From contig JBLWGC010000177.1 of the NCBI GenBank assembly GCA_048772705.1, positions 1-64,000 of the forward strand: a stretch of 64,000 nucleotides of DNA, read 5' to 3'. Below are positions 38,613-50,855 of the stretch, piece after piece. The notes under the pieces are model-generated. The model was not told the origin of the DNA. It made no database searches and saw only the letters and a list, made by a program, of their open reading frames with translations. Within the stretch, counting starts at the first letter, position 1, and each line of letters begins with the position of its first letter. Made by a program: the position numbers and the translations under genes. This DNA is from Leidyana gryllorum EB-2025a (taxonomy: Eukaryota; Protista; Apicomplexa).

Positions 38613-40334
38613 CTATAAAGCAGTGCCTCGTTCCAGATTCTGTCGAGTTTCGACAGTGTACTCTCCATACGCCCTTTGAAGCTCTTGATTGAAGATGCGG
38701 TTCGAGGAGTTGATATAGCTGACATCTCCCAGAGGGATCTCGGACTTGTGACGTATCCGCTTCCTGTTCAAAGGACAACTGTTCGTCAAAGACACAAAGA
38801 AGACGCTCGCAACGTACTTTTTCGGCTTTGCCATCTCTGCCAGTCTGTCCTTGGCAGCCGATGTCGGCACGTGACTCGTGACCCCCAGCACCGCGCTGTT
38901 AGGCGCATAAAACGCCGAGGGTCCCATCAGTCTCTTCTGACGCACGTACTCAGATCTATTGATCGGGCCCAGCCTAAACACCACCATTTCCCAGCCAAAG
39001 AAACCGCCACTTACGCTTTGCTATATCTCTTGTACACAGACCGAGTGTTGTTCATATCGAATCCGAACGAAATGTTCCTTTGCTTCGCCTGTTCCTTCGC
39101 CTCTCGCCGACCAGCAGCTGCCGCCGTATCACTCAAGTACCATTTTGGGTCCTCTGTCCATCCTCGACGCTTCTTCTTCGGCTTCAGAAGCCTCTCTAAC
39201 GGATCGATGGTGTTACGCTTAGCCTCAATTTCAGCCTGGACTCCACAACCATGACCACGTGAGACAAACATCAATGTGCACACGTACCGCTCTCTCATTC
39301 ATTTGTCGTCCACGTTTCAAATGTCGTCTCAAAGCTTCTAATTTCGCCTGCGCACTGTCGGATGCTGTAGACTTCGGGTCGCCGCTAGTAGCGCTCGTGA
39401 GCAGCTTAGCCGCCGCCTCGGTGTCGTAGCCCTCCCTGTCTTTACTACTGGGATCGCCTTCGCCCATGTCATCACCTCCCTCGACCTCCTCTTCCTCGCC
39501 CTCACTGTCAGATACCGCCTGCGCGCTCTCATCGTCAACCCCAGCGTCGTCTCCGGCCGCCGGCCCGTCCTCCCCGCCATCAACGTCTTCTGTCGGACGC
39601 CCCTCTCGCAGAGGAGCCGAACTTATGAGTTGCTCCTCCCGCCGGGCTTTACTGATCTCCCTACGCTGTGCCTCTAATTGTGTCTGCCAGTCTTCCCCTC
39701 CACTGTCTTGCATCAATAGCGACAACAACCTCTTGCCTTGAGCAGCGGCGCTGCTCACGTCTTCTCCGGGACCCTGTGGCAGCTGCCTGCGACTCCGCGG
39801 CAAAGCTCGAGAGACTCCCGAACCCACTATGAAGACCGGAATACGCGGCCTGTCACTGTTATCCGTGGGCAGACGCTCAATAGCGCGCAAAATCTCCATT
39901 CCCGCACGAACTTGTCCGAAGACAACATGCCGCCGGTTCAGCTGAGCCGCCTTCTTCAATGTAATGAAGAATTGAGAGCCATTGGAATTCGGGCCATCGC
40001 CAGCCATCGACACAATACCCGCGTTAGAATGCCACAGAGTGAAGTTCTCATCGTCGAACTTCCCGCCATACACACTCTCGCCTCCGGTACCGTCGTTGTG
40101 TACAAAATCCCCACTTTGTATATATTGCCCAGGTATGATCTTGAAGATTTTGCAACCCACGTAGGATAACGGTTTCTGACTCTCAAGACCCGTTCCATAC
40201 TCGCCTGTGCATAGCCCACGAAAGTTTTCTGCTGTTTTTGGAGCAAGGTCTGCGAACAGCTCTATCACTACTCGACCAACAGGCTTGTTGCCAATCTGCA
40301 AGTCCAGAAAGACGCGCGGGTTCTTCTTTGGCAT
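38613..40334 (-). CDS. Cyclophilin-SYF2 fusion (spliceosome-associated); multi-exon
   Basis: Cyclophilin domain NPRVFLD..PKTAENFRGLCTGE..NGSQFFIT..HVVFG, an acidic linker, and the SYF2 C-terminus SYINSSNRIFNQELQRAYGEYTVETRQNLERGTAL. Confidence 0.92.
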
Positions 40335-40433
40335 CGCTCTGGCACCAAATTATTTTTTGGTTTCTTCCACCCAATATATCATATAGCACACGTGTGTTTC
40401 CGGCCTTCACCATGTTCATAACCCCATTGATCG

Positions 40434-43022
40434 TTGCCATTCTTTTTCGTGCCCTATAGAGCTTTCGATGTTGCCCTCGACGATGTGGATTGGGCGGCTC
40501 AATATGGCCGGCCGTCATCGCTCCCCCCACTTGCATGGTGTTCACACGACAGTATCTCCGTTGCAGTGCCAGCCTCAACGAAAGCAGGTCGTGAACTGCC
40601 ACCGGGATCCGTTTCAAAGAAGACTCCACAAGGCCTTGTTCACCATTTCCCGCACATCTTCTCACTCTGGAAAGAAGCAGGCAAAGGCGATCACGATTGT
40701 CAATCGGGATTTGCCACCCAATTCTTCAAAGGACGCCGGCGAAAACGTGCCGCGGCCTTCATGGGTGAAACCCGAACCGACGCATGTGGAACGACCGTGG
40801 TTCGTGCTGGCAACCATACATACTACTCCAACGTATTCACCCCCCCAGGAAGCACGAGATCCCTATTTATTTCCTGCACTTGCTCGCAAGATAAGTCACT
40901 TGGATGCCGTCCTGCCACTAGGTGGCACGATGTAGTCCAACCCAATGTGCCAGATTCCCCTTTTGCTAGGACTCGATTTTCAGGTTACGCTTTACCCATT
41001 CGCAGCACCGTCGGTACCAATTCCGATGTTCAAATAGCCTTTACAGGAGATCGCTATGTTTTCCAGATGCAGATAGAAATAGACCCTCAGGATGCTTCTG
41101 AATTAAGTGGAGTTATTCCTTGGCCTCAAGAATGTGTTGTTGTCTCAAAAAGGAATCTGGAGCTGCCGATCGTTTCATTCGGGTGCCCTGTATCAAAGTC
41201 GCTAGATTTCCAGATACATGAGACCACCGAACCCGGGATGCTTTCCTTTTCAACCATTCCTTTCGTCCTGGCTGACTCAACGTCGGGCCCCGAGATGCGA
41301 ATCAGATGTCAAGTTGCACCAGTGCGAGCGAGTGTCGCCGATATGTTAAACATCTGTCACGAATCTATAGACCTCACAAACGAGCCCGCAGCCTTACAGG
41401 CCATTGGTCTAGCACCAAACTTAGCGCAGACCAAGGACAAGGAAGTTGTTCTGGAGAGTGCGCCCCCAGCAAGTGACCACCGCCTCACGTCATCTGCCAA
41501 CTCCACAATCGAAACAGGGCTCCATGTCCCATCCACTTTGGAGGAAATGAAACCTATGATCCCAGCAGTCCCACTTCAAGAACCCCCTCGGGCTCAACTT
41601 TATCCGGGTGTTGGGAAGAGCATATGGCGGATCCCTGATGAGGCAGTCGTACGTACCACGAAGCGTCTGCCCAAATCAGACAGGCTCGAGCCGCATGCTT
41701 CTGACATTCGTGACACCGAGACTCGTGACACCGAGACAACACAGCTTCGAGAGTCTGACCGTTACTCACTGACGGACAACTCGGCGGCTCGAAGACGTTT
41801 AGGAGCCGAGACCGCTAGTTCAAGATCAGGATCTGGATCTGTTAAGAAAGTTTCATTCACCCCTGCCAGTAGTCCCCTTCTGCCCTCCTCCGAGAGTATT
41901 TTGACGGGCAAGACTCACAACAAGCTAGGCGGAGATGATCCACGGCAGATTCTGCTCGAGAACATGAATGTGGAAAGTCAGAGTAGAATGAAGCTATTGG
42001 AGGAAGCCATAGACGACGGTGTCTTTGGGGTTCGGAATGCTGTTAAGCGCGCCGAGGCGATTGTGGCTGGAAACGAAGAGCTTAGATCAACAGAGCAGAC
42101 AGGATTGCTTCCCGGTTTGGCAAACCTCCGTGTCATGCCTCAAATCTTCAATGAATACGTGATGGGTCCATGGTCTGTTAGCTGGGGCACTAACACTGCT
42201 CGGCAATCTCAAGAAGTCAGTATAGCCCATCCTGGTGGGTACGGATTCGGCGGTTTATCCCGCGGTGTACGGAGCGGCTTCTTTGGAGTTGGTACACGCG
42301 GTAACAATCTTGAGATTGCATTCGACGAGCCAAGCGGAGAGGGATCAGTTGGTTTCGCCAAAAAGCGATACGGAGTCAACGTGGACCGTTCAACGGCTGA
42401 AATGGCAACCGCGGTTGAGGTCAGAGCGCGATCGGTCGATATTGTTACCGTCGCTGACTTCCTCGACCGAGCATTTGGCCAAAGAGTCGGTATACGTAAT
42501 TTCGGACTTGCTATTCGCCACGATCTAGACGACATTATTGATGAGCTTGACGGAGATTTCGGGACAGAGGTGTACTTTCAGTACAAGAAGGTGGCCATTG
42601 GTGTTGGTGCTGATATGCTGGAGACGAAATACTTTATCACCGTTGGACTACTCGGTGTCAATGTGGTAGCTGCCCGAGACTTCAATTCATACGCCAGCAA
42701 TCTACAGATCAACTGGGGTAGAGGCTGGCAGATATTCCTGGAAAGCGACTTTCCCGATGATAATGATAACGGCACGATGGCTGCAGTCGGTATCGGCAAG
42801 CCGGGACGAATGTACTTAGCAATTGGAGCTGGAGTCGGTCCTGGCGGTTTACCTGTTGCGGCCGCAAATGTTCAAGCACCAAACTCGTTTTTCGGTATCG
42901 GATTTCTGGAAAGAGCTGGCAGAAGAATCTCTCAATACAGCATTACAGCTGGAAGATATACTTATTTGTGGGAGTCGGTTTTGATCCCGGATAATCTAAG
43001 GATCCCTACATTGATAGGTTAG
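40434..43022 (+). CDS. Large hypothetical protein with a Gly-rich, beta-strand-rich C-terminal region; start uncertain
   Basis: 862-codon open frame. The true start is unclear (acceptor-like TAG at 40459, first ATG at 40761). Contains a 15-nt duplication (RDTET x2) near 41708-41737. Confidence 0.65.
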   Translation: MPFFFVPYRAFDVALDDVDWAAQYGRPSSLPPLAWCSHDSISVAVPASTKAGRELPPGSVSKKTPQGLVHHFPHIFSLWKEAGKGDHDCQSGFATQFFKGRRRKRAAAFMGETRTDACGTTVVRAGNHTYYSNVFTPPGSTRSLFISCTCSQDKSLGCRPATRWHDVVQPNVPDSPFARTRFSGYALPIRSTVGTNSDVQIAFTGDRYVFQMQIEIDPQDASELSGVIPWPQECVVVSKRNLELPIVSFGCPVSKSLDFQIHETTEPGMLSFSTIPFVLADSTSGPEMRIRCQVAPVRASVADMLNICHESIDLTNEPAALQAIGLAPNLAQTKDKEVVLESAPPASDHRLTSSANSTIETGLHVPSTLEEMKPMIPAVPLQEPPRAQLYPGVGKSIWRIPDEAVVRTTKRLPKSDRLEPHASDIRDTETRDTETTQLRESDRYSLTDNSAARRRLGAETASSRSGSGSVKKVSFTPASSPLLPSSESILTGKTHNKLGGDDPRQILLENMNVESQSRMKLLEEAIDDGVFGVRNAVKRAEAIVAGNEELRSTEQTGLLPGLANLRVMPQIFNEYVMGPWSVSWGTNTARQSQEVSIAHPGGYGFGGLSRGVRSGFFGVGTRGNNLEIAFDEPSGEGSVGFAKKRYGVNVDRSTAEMATAVEVRARSVDIVTVADFLDRAFGQRVGIRNFGLAIRHDLDDIIDELDGDFGTEVYFQYKKVAIGVGADMLETKYFITVGLLGVNVVAARDFNSYASNLQINWGRGWQIFLESDFPDDNDNGTMAAVGIGKPGRMYLAIGAGVGPGGLPVAAANVQAPNSFFGIGFLERAGRRISQYSITAGRYTYLWESVLIPDNLRIPTLIG

Positions 43023-43106
43023 GTTATTTTTAGAGCTCGATTTAGTTGTGCGAACTTCTACGCTTTAAGCCATTTTTTAGTTATCGAAGAGGACGAAGCG
43101 GTCAAG

Positions 43107-44967
43107 ATGAGTATGTTGTGGAGTCAAATCTTATCGTTTGTACCCTGGCGAGAATTACCTCGCATGGAGGCAGTATGTAAATTGTGGCGAGATTGTATCG
43201 GCTGCCAAGTTGCTGCGGTGAATATCCGAATAGGTGCTGAGGATTCCTTATTGTTCTCCCATTGGCCACGAGCCACCCAGCTCTTGAGGCGATCTGCTTC
43301 TGTGGTTAGAACTTTGGAGATTGGTGGGTACTGGGCAACCGAGAAAGCGTGGGATGTATTGGGGTTGCTACTGTCGATTGGAATGCCCGAACTGCGTCGT
43401 TTGGTGTTGTCATGCTCAATGCCAAAATCAAGACGGGGGCTGATCGAGGCTGATCTGCCATCTTTGGAGTACTTGTTGGTTCCGTGGTGTCCCCCAGGAA
43501 ATAGGAAACTTCTATGGATGAGATTGCGTGCGCCTAAACTGCGGATGGCGGGCGTGTCCAGGGGATGTGTTTATCTTGTGGAGACTGAGTTGTTCACAGA
43601 GGATTTGCAGCAGAGACTCGCGACCGTGCGCCGATATCCTCATGACCTGATTGTGTGCAGTGACTTGGAAGCCGGGTATATCACATATGAGACGACCGCG
43701 AAAAGGGTCCTCACGTCGGGCTGGAGGCTGCCGGTGAGCGAATGGGAGGCGGTATACGGTGGAATCGAGTGTGGTGCTGGTTTCAAAGAGTAAGAGTGAT
43801 GGAGGTGAGCAGGTTGTATTTGTCTGTAGGGGGTTCGAAGTGGGGCAAAGTATGGCCCATATGTACTCCAATGACGTGAAAAAGCGATTTCCGGAGAGTA
43901 TCTGGTGGGTGATGGAAAAATGGCCCGATTACGTGACCATAATTGGGGATTTGTTGGCTTGGGAGCGGTGGCATGAGGTATCGACAGGTCGGTCTCCGTT
44001 TGATCTACCGTATTGGTTGCGTGGGTGTTCCCTGGGTCGGCGAGAGCGAGTGTTTGAGGAAAGGGAGAGAGTTGTTAAGTGGGGTGGCGAGGACGAACTG
44101 GACGATCGGTTTGGTGCGGGAGATTGGTCAAAGATCGAGTATTTGATTGGTGATGAGGAGCTTCTAGGGAATTCCGAAGTAGCTGTCTTACCTGACTTCA
44201 ATGCATTGACTCAGCTGAAAAGGATTGAACTTCCGGAGGCTGAGTGGACACATCTTCACTCTAGTATGTGTCCCATGGATTGGCCAAAGGAGTGTGTAGT
44301 TCACATGAACTCGACAAACAATTACATTGTGGAGTCGGTAACTCTGACTTTGCAGTTGCTTAAGATTGTGGTTGAGTGTGATATCAACTCGTGGGCGGTC
44401 ACTGAGATTTTGGATAGCTCCGAAGCAGTGTTCGGTTTGTATATGATTTTGTCGAGGCGACATTGGTTCAAAGGGAGGTCGGAGGACTCTCACAAGTTGA
44501 AAATCAGATTCGAGGCTGTGGCTGCCTTTCCGCTCGTTTTTCGTCAGGCAGTACTCGAATTGGCATCTGGGGATGTCAAATTGGAGACGTTGAGAGACTT
44601 GTTGCGGTTCCACAAAGTCAGTGACGTTGAGAAGGTGATTAATGTGATGAGAGAAGGGAGTCAGGACGATTTGGCTGCGAATTGGGTATCAATCTGGGAG
44701 TCTGTACGTGAGTGCTCATTCACTGGGCTGCCGCCTGGACTACTCAGTCCTGACGGGAAGAGGAATTACTTTCAGTGGTGTGACCAGCTGCGTTCCCTAA
44801 ATGATCTCAATCGGACAGGTCTGCCATGGGCAGACGTCGAAGCAGAAGTTTGGTTGGGCGATCTAGCGCGGAATGAAAAGTGGTATACAAACCTTTTCAA
44901 TGAAGGCAATTTTGATGAACTGAAGGCTTGGGGAATCCCGCTGAAGATTCCTTTCATGCTGCCGTAA
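43107..44967 (+). CDS. F-box/LRR-like family paralog 2 (2 exons, ~606 aa)
   Basis: LWSQILSFVPWRELPRMEAVCKLWR (F-box-like), LRRSASVV, IGMPEL, LPSLEYL, LRAPKLR, LPYW, WPKEC, LELASG, LKAWGIP. Intron 43790-43829 (40 nt, phase 2). Confidence 0.82.
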
Positions 44968-45247
44968 AGCATCCAGTCAACAACGCTTCTAATTAATTAG
45001 CCTTCAGTAAACGGGCTCCGTCGTCACACGTATCAGACGTGATCGAAAATAACAGATACATGCGCCAACGCCTTCCATTCTCCTCGCGCTTCCTCCTTCC
45101 TTCCCCGAAGCACACCTTCGATTAACAAACCTTCAAAGTTTTCGCGTCGTATCTGGACGCTTCGGACCTTTCGTACAACATAACATGTATCAACGCAAAC
45201 CTTCCAGACGAGGGAAAGAGCCGTCCTCCCCGCATATACTTTAGTAC

Positions 45248-45826
45248 TCAGAATCCAGCTGGACCCCCCCAGTGACCGCCCTCGTGAGGAGGCGGACCGC
45301 CCCAGTGACCGCCTTGATGAGGAGGCGAACCGCCCCAGTGACCGCCTTCATGAGGAGGCGTTGGGGCACAATCCTGGCACTGCTGCTGCCTCTGCGAAGC
45401 AGCACGGTGCTGCGCCGCCACCTTTGCCGCGGCCTTCACCAAAGGTACAGCGGCTCTGGCCAACGACGTAAATGAGGACAACTTGCTCGGCGGACTCTTG
45501 CCCGCACCGTTGTTTCCCCCAGGCATTCCACCGGGCACTCCGCCCATACCTCCTCCCGGCATTCCACCGGGCATTCCGCCCATACCTCCTCCCGGCATTC
45601 CACCCATACCTCCTCCTGGCATCCCATCGAAGCCACCATGTGGGGGTCCGCCAAAGTTGCCGTGTGGGGGTCCGCCAAAGTTGCCGTGCGGGGGTCCGCC
45701 AAAGTTGCCGTGTGGGGGTCCGCCAAAGTTGCCGTGTGGGGGTCCGCCAAAGTTGCCGTGTGGGGGTCCGCCGAAGTTGCCGTGTGGGGGCGCACCCAGA
45801 TCTGCGGGTCCAGAGGGCATATGCAT
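45248..45826 (-). CDS. Gly/Pro/His-rich repeat protein, 192 aa
   Basis: ATG and TGA closely bracket the repeats: (PPHGNFGG)x6, GGMPG blocks and GGHWGG x3. The strand was chosen on start/stop placement. Confidence 0.6.
   Translation of the reverse strand: MHMPSGPADLGAPPHGNFGGPPHGNFGGPPHGNFGGPPHGNFGGPPHGNFGGPPHGNFGGPPHGGFDGMPGGGMGGMPGGGMGGMPGGMPGGGMGGVPGGMPGGNNGAGKSPPSKLSSFTSLARAAVPLVKAAAKVAAQHRAASQRQQQCQDCAPTPPHEGGHWGGSPPHQGGHWGGPPPHEGGHWGGPAGF
45266..45360. repeat. 33-nt coding tandem repeat, ~3 copies
   Basis: CCCCAGTGACCGCC..TGAGGAGGCG units, encoding PPH(E/Q)GGHWGG on the minus strand. Confidence 0.9.
45638..45790. repeat. 24-nt coding tandem repeat, ~6.3 copies
   Basis: Unit GTGTGGGGGTCCGCCAAAGTTGCC, near-identical copies. 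Confidence 0.95.
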
Positions 45827-46340
45827 CTTCTCTAGATCTACTCAAATATGTGGGAACCAAGTGGGGAGTAGGAGTGATTCTTTCACTGTCGTCGTTTTGT
45901 CTATTGCTCACTCGCTGGGTCACCTCCAAGCAGATAGCCCTATCATCAGCCTCGTGGTCTATCCAAACGAGCAAGAAATCCAACACTGATCCTGAGCCAG
46001 ATTATTTAGAAGACAAGTTTGCTTCCACATCTGGTGCACATCTGGTAAAAAGGATCGGCACGTGCCTGTGCCTGCCCTGCCATCGTGCCATTGATCCCCA
46101 TCTTGACATGAGGGAGTGGTGATCTCAAGTGCTGTTGTCCCGGTGTTTGTGGACGTGTGTGAAAATGGCGTGTGGCACACGAACTGACGTGAGACGCGCT
46201 GTCATGTCTGATGGCTTCAGCCTGGTGTCTGAGAGATGTGCTAAACCTCTGTGACTGTCTGGTGATTGAATGGAGTGGTGGGGGTGATGGGGGGATTTCT
46301 GGTGGTCGGTGTATTGGTGGTCTTTTTTTTGCATCCCGTG

Positions 46341-48417
46341 ATGGGAGCAACGCCAAGAAGGGTATCGGGGAGGAAGAAGGAATCACCGCGAGGTGTGGCT
46401 GAAGTTCCAAAGGCATATTGTCTGAATTATGAACAGTGGAATCGCGTGGTGGATTTTCTGGAACTGAGCGAAGCGCCACGAATAGGAGCCATCAGTAAAT
46501 ATTTCCGGAGGTTTTTGAGTAAAGGGATTGGATCGCAATCAATAAGAGTTGACAGTGATGTTTGGAGTGTATTGAGCGGATGGACGGGCCGAGAAGCGTG
46601 GATGCGGCGGTCGGCTTTGACGGTTCATGCGCTGTGTTTGACTTTGGATCGTGATCTGAGTGGTCCGGACTCTGTGTGGGACTTCTTTCGCATGATGATG
46701 GCATTAAAGTTGCCGAAGCTGACGAAATTAAAAATCTTTGTTGAGGAAGGGCTTCAGTTCGACGATCGCGATGACGAATTGTGTCTTCGGAGGTGTCCGG
46801 AGGAGAAAGAAGAGATCAGATCGAGTCTGATGAAATCATCAGCCTTCAAAGCCGTTCTGCCGTCGCTGGATAGCCTATATATCATTGACACGACTCTGGT
46901 GACTCCGATTGACCTCATTTTGGAGGCGCCGAGATTGAGAGTTGTGGCCGTGAGTTGGGGTCAACTCGACCGGCTGGACACCGAATTTGTGAATAAGGTA
47001 CGGTCGAGAGTTGTGCGGGTGCCTCTGTCGGATCACCTGGTCATCATTGGTCGAGATTGGATGCCGATCAACAGTTTGTTGGGAAATCGGCTGATAATAG
47101 AGAACCATGGGATACTGCACAGTCAGTTGCCCAAGCCGGAGTCGGTGGTCAATGATGGCATAATGTGGGGCGATCACAGGCATCGGTGGCCGAGTGTTTC
47201 GAGGTGAGCGCACTTTTGTCAGTCGCAGTTTGTATTCTCTCTTCTCCTGTCACAGTGAACAGAAGGGGTTGAAGGATTTGGTGAGGGATTCGACACTGCG
47301 AATTGCCTCTCGGTATCCAGTGGAGGTTGGAGAGATATTATGGAACTTGTTGCGAGTCTGTAAGATTGATTGGAGCGCTGACCTCCCGCCTCCCGCGGTT
47401 CAGTGCTTCCACAAGACGCCCCGGATGTTTGATGACTTGCCCGAGTGGCTGGAGGAGGTACCGATAACGCGGTATATGGCGGTGCCGGATGAAGAGCCTC
47501 CGCTTCTCATCACTCAAGTTGTGAGGCAACACTGGTGTTCAGGCGGATCATTCTGTGAAGAATTGGGGCGGCCCACGAGGGACGTTGTTTATCAGCGGCA
47601 GTGTGGCGGTTTGAGGGGCAGAAAGATCGACAGTCTCCGAAGAGTGGAGTTGAGTATCTGGGAATGGGAGGATCTGTCGGTTTCGATGCCAAAGCTGCAG
47701 TTGCCGCCCAGAACGGTGTGCATCGCAGTGGGGCAGCCCCACTTTGAACCCGAGCTCGGTGGGCCGCCGGGTTCTGTGATGGCGTTTCGGTGGTTGAAAA
47801 CATTGGAGAGATGGAACATTCAGTATGTGGCGATCCGAAGCTTTGACTCCACGGCAGCTATCTTTTGGAGCTATTTGGTGGGTTCAACAATCAAACAGCG
47901 GATGGATAGAGCGGTTCGGTGGTGTCTAAAGAGCACAAAATACTATCCGCCCCTTTGGTCAACACTCATTCTGGAGCTCGTGTCAGGAGAGTACTCTGCG
48001 GAGTCTCTGCGGTCACTGTTCCGATATATCCAAGTAGAGCAAATGAACAGATTTGTCACCAAGTTGTGTTGGCGGGAACAGGAGCTCCTGAAACGTTGGG
48101 CGGGTTTGGACGCCTATGTCGCTCTGCACACCTTTAGGCCCATTCGGGTTGGGGCGCTCAGGGGGAGTTGGAAGGCCAGTTTCGCTCGTTGGTATCGTGA
48201 GATTCTCGCCGAGACGGAGCCCGAGTCTATCGTTCCCACTTTAGGCTACAGAGCCAATACCAGACAGCGTTCGCTTCTTCATCTCGACTGGTTCGCTCAT
48301 CGGTTCAGCCACGATCGGTTTAAGTCGTTCGCTAATTGGGGAGTTGGGTTGATAATACCCGCTGTATCAGAGACGGTCCAGAAAGGTCTCACCACAAAAA
48401 CTCAAGCAGCACATTAG
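46341..48417 (+). CDS. F-box/LRR-like family paralog 3 (2 exons, ~674 aa)
   Basis: WNRVVDFLELSEAPRIGAISKYFR, WMRRSALTV, LPSLDSL, LEAPRLR, LPEWLEEVP, LRRVEL, IFWSY, LILELVSG, FARWY. Intron 47204-47255 (52 nt, phase 2). The start may lie further upstream. Confidence 0.82.
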
Positions 48418-48546
48418 GGGAGTCGAAGACTGACTCCAACTTTCAATGGAATTCATCAATGTATGGCTGGCTCATTGGAAATGGGCTACTTTTTCAATAA
48501 CCTGCGTCACAACCCTTTTTGCCCACAAACCATAGGAACCCTCAAA

Positions 48547-50415
48547 ATGGACTCATTCACCCATGTGACACTCTTTGAGCGCTTCGTACACCAAATACTC
48601 CAATTCGCACCGTTGAAGGATTTGCCCCGCCTTTCTCATATCTCCCGGTCCATTCGTCACACAGTCTTACACCGGCTGGCGTCGCAGTCCATTGTGATCG
48701 ATGAAGTGTCGTCCAGACGAGTGGTTATGCGATGGACCGGAATCCACGATTGGTTCCGACGGTCGGCCCCAATGGTGGAGAAATTAGTTCTACACGAGCG
48801 CATGGATGGCCTCGGATTGGAGCTGTGGTCAACATTTATCACATTGTGTGAGTTGGGTATGCCTAATGTTCGCCACATTAGTCTGCGACTGAGGACCATT
48901 GATGAGGAAATATGCACTTTTGACCTCCCCCAACTCGTCTTCTTCGTTTGCATTGTGGCTGAGCGACCCCGATGCCCTTATCTTTTCACCCTCAACGCTG
49001 ACGCACTCAACACCCTCGTGTTGGCTGCAACATGTATCAACATCGACAATCCGTTGGTGAAAGAGGCTGAGATCCTCGAGGAAACACACGGCCCCGAAGC
49101 CCGCTGGTACGACTTTGTCGTCATCACACGCTCGCCTATCGACAATTCGGCCACAAGTCTTGTGGTGAACACCACACTTGACCCTATGGCGACCTCCAGT
49201 GATAATGGAGTCTTCCGAGCCTTCTTTAAAAAGTGGGAAAAGACGTATTACTGGAGGGATCCCCTCCCTTTTCCCACTCGGGAGGAGTTCTCGTAAGTGT
49301 TGGTTGACACAGTTGAGATTGCTGCGATCTCCCTTTGCAGAAAGTTGCTGAATCGGTGCCGGGAGAGCTCGCAGAGCATTGAGGAGCAATACGGACCTCT
49401 GGTTCGCCAATTCATTTGGGACGCTCTGCAAGCAATCCCCGGCGTACTCCATTGTCGGAGGTGGAAGGACATAAAATGTCATCGCAATCTCTCATTGGTC
49501 CCCGAATGGATCAAAGCTCTGCCGGTCGCCTCTGACCCCGGTGGCCGGTTCGCGATGATGTGGGTTCAAAACTCGCCGACCTCTAATAAGCCCATCGACC
49601 AAATAGAGGACTTTGTTCGGCCCGGACGGCAGGGCCTTCGACGGTTGCCATTCCCCTATTTTGACAAGATGAAGAGCCTTAAACGAGTCGAAATGGAACT
49701 GGAAGACTGGCAGAAGTTAAGTCGGACACCGGAGCGATGCAGCTGGCCAGAGGACTGTATCGTAGTGGCTCACTGTTGGATGTTCGCGCTTGAGGATTGC
49801 GGTTGGCCTCATACTCTGATCGAATTGGTTTGGAAATGTGGGATCACTCATCTCAGTCTGAGCGGCGTCTTAAGGACGTCCGAGGAGGTTCTCAAACTCT
49901 ACGTTGCCGCCTGCCACTTGCAGATCTATCACCGCCAGTTCAGACTATGTCTCCATGCCGTCCCCTGTTTACCTCCGCTGTGGATGCGAGCCCTCCGAGA
50001 CTTGGTGAAGGGGGAGTGCACCGCAAGCACTGCCCAACACCTGCTGGATGTCGAGATGCCGGGCGACGGCCTGCCCGAGCCCCTGGAAGGCTGGTTATCA
50101 GAGAGTCCACTCTTTCGGTACGACCGGATGCGCGAAACCTATGGCATAGACTGCGAACCGGCCGCCGTTAGTCAACCGATTGGGACGCTCCCCCTTGGTC
50201 GGACGCAGCAGCTTTATGCTGATATTCTCTCCTCGCAATCCATCTTAGCCGTCCCGCACGAGGGATTCAGTGCATTGGTGGATTATGGGATCTGTCCACT
50301 CCAGTCTTCGTGGTTTCTCGAACGATATCTCGCTGGAGAGGTCGAAGAGCTCCAGGACTGGGGGGTCCAGTGGAATGTTTTCCCAAAGGTTTTGCCGACG
50401 CTGACGAATGCTTAA
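48547..50415 (+). CDS. F-box/LRR-like family paralog 4 (2 exons, ~606 aa)
   Basis: QILQFAPLKDLPRLSHISRSIR, WFRRSAPMV, LGMPNV, VPEWIKALP, LKRVEM, WPEDC, LQDWGV. Intron 49293-49340 (48 nt, phase 2). Alternative ATG at 48463. Confidence 0.82.
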
Positions 50416-50855
50416 ATCAAAATCACCCCTTTTTTTTTTGTCGGTGATCGAGAATTGATGAAGATCAACAATATTTCGGCTTTTAAGCGCCCCCGTCGGT
50501 GCGACACTGTTATGGCAAAGCAGCAAAGGGTCTCGCGTCTCTCCCCATAACAGACGTCTCGCTCAAAGTGTGTGTGTGCGTACATGATAGATGGCTTTGC
50601 GATTGCTTATTGTAATCGTCGTCGATGATGTGTCTTTGACTGTCGGCGGCATTGTCATTTGGCGAGCGAAGTTGTCGAGAGTGATGGGTTTACGCGGCGG
50701 GCGATCGCGCGATCTCAGTATGGAGGTGAGCGGACAGCGGCAGTTCGAGTCGCGGGGTAGCGCTTCATAGAGTAGTTGGCGGAAAAGAGGGATGAGTGAG
50801 GAGGCGTTCGGCATCGATTCGATTGATACGCAGAGGTTTAAGCGACGGTTAAAGA

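Noticed and set aside
45638-45790. 24-nt direct repeats as a CRISPR array
   Set aside because: There are no unique spacers or cas genes, the unit is a multiple of 3 inside an ORF, and the context is eukaryotic.
45483-45989. (PPKLPCGG)n SPRR-like protein on the + strand
   Set aside because: It has no ATG start before the repeats and does not cover the 33-nt repeats. The minus-strand ORF fits better, though this one is not formally excluded.
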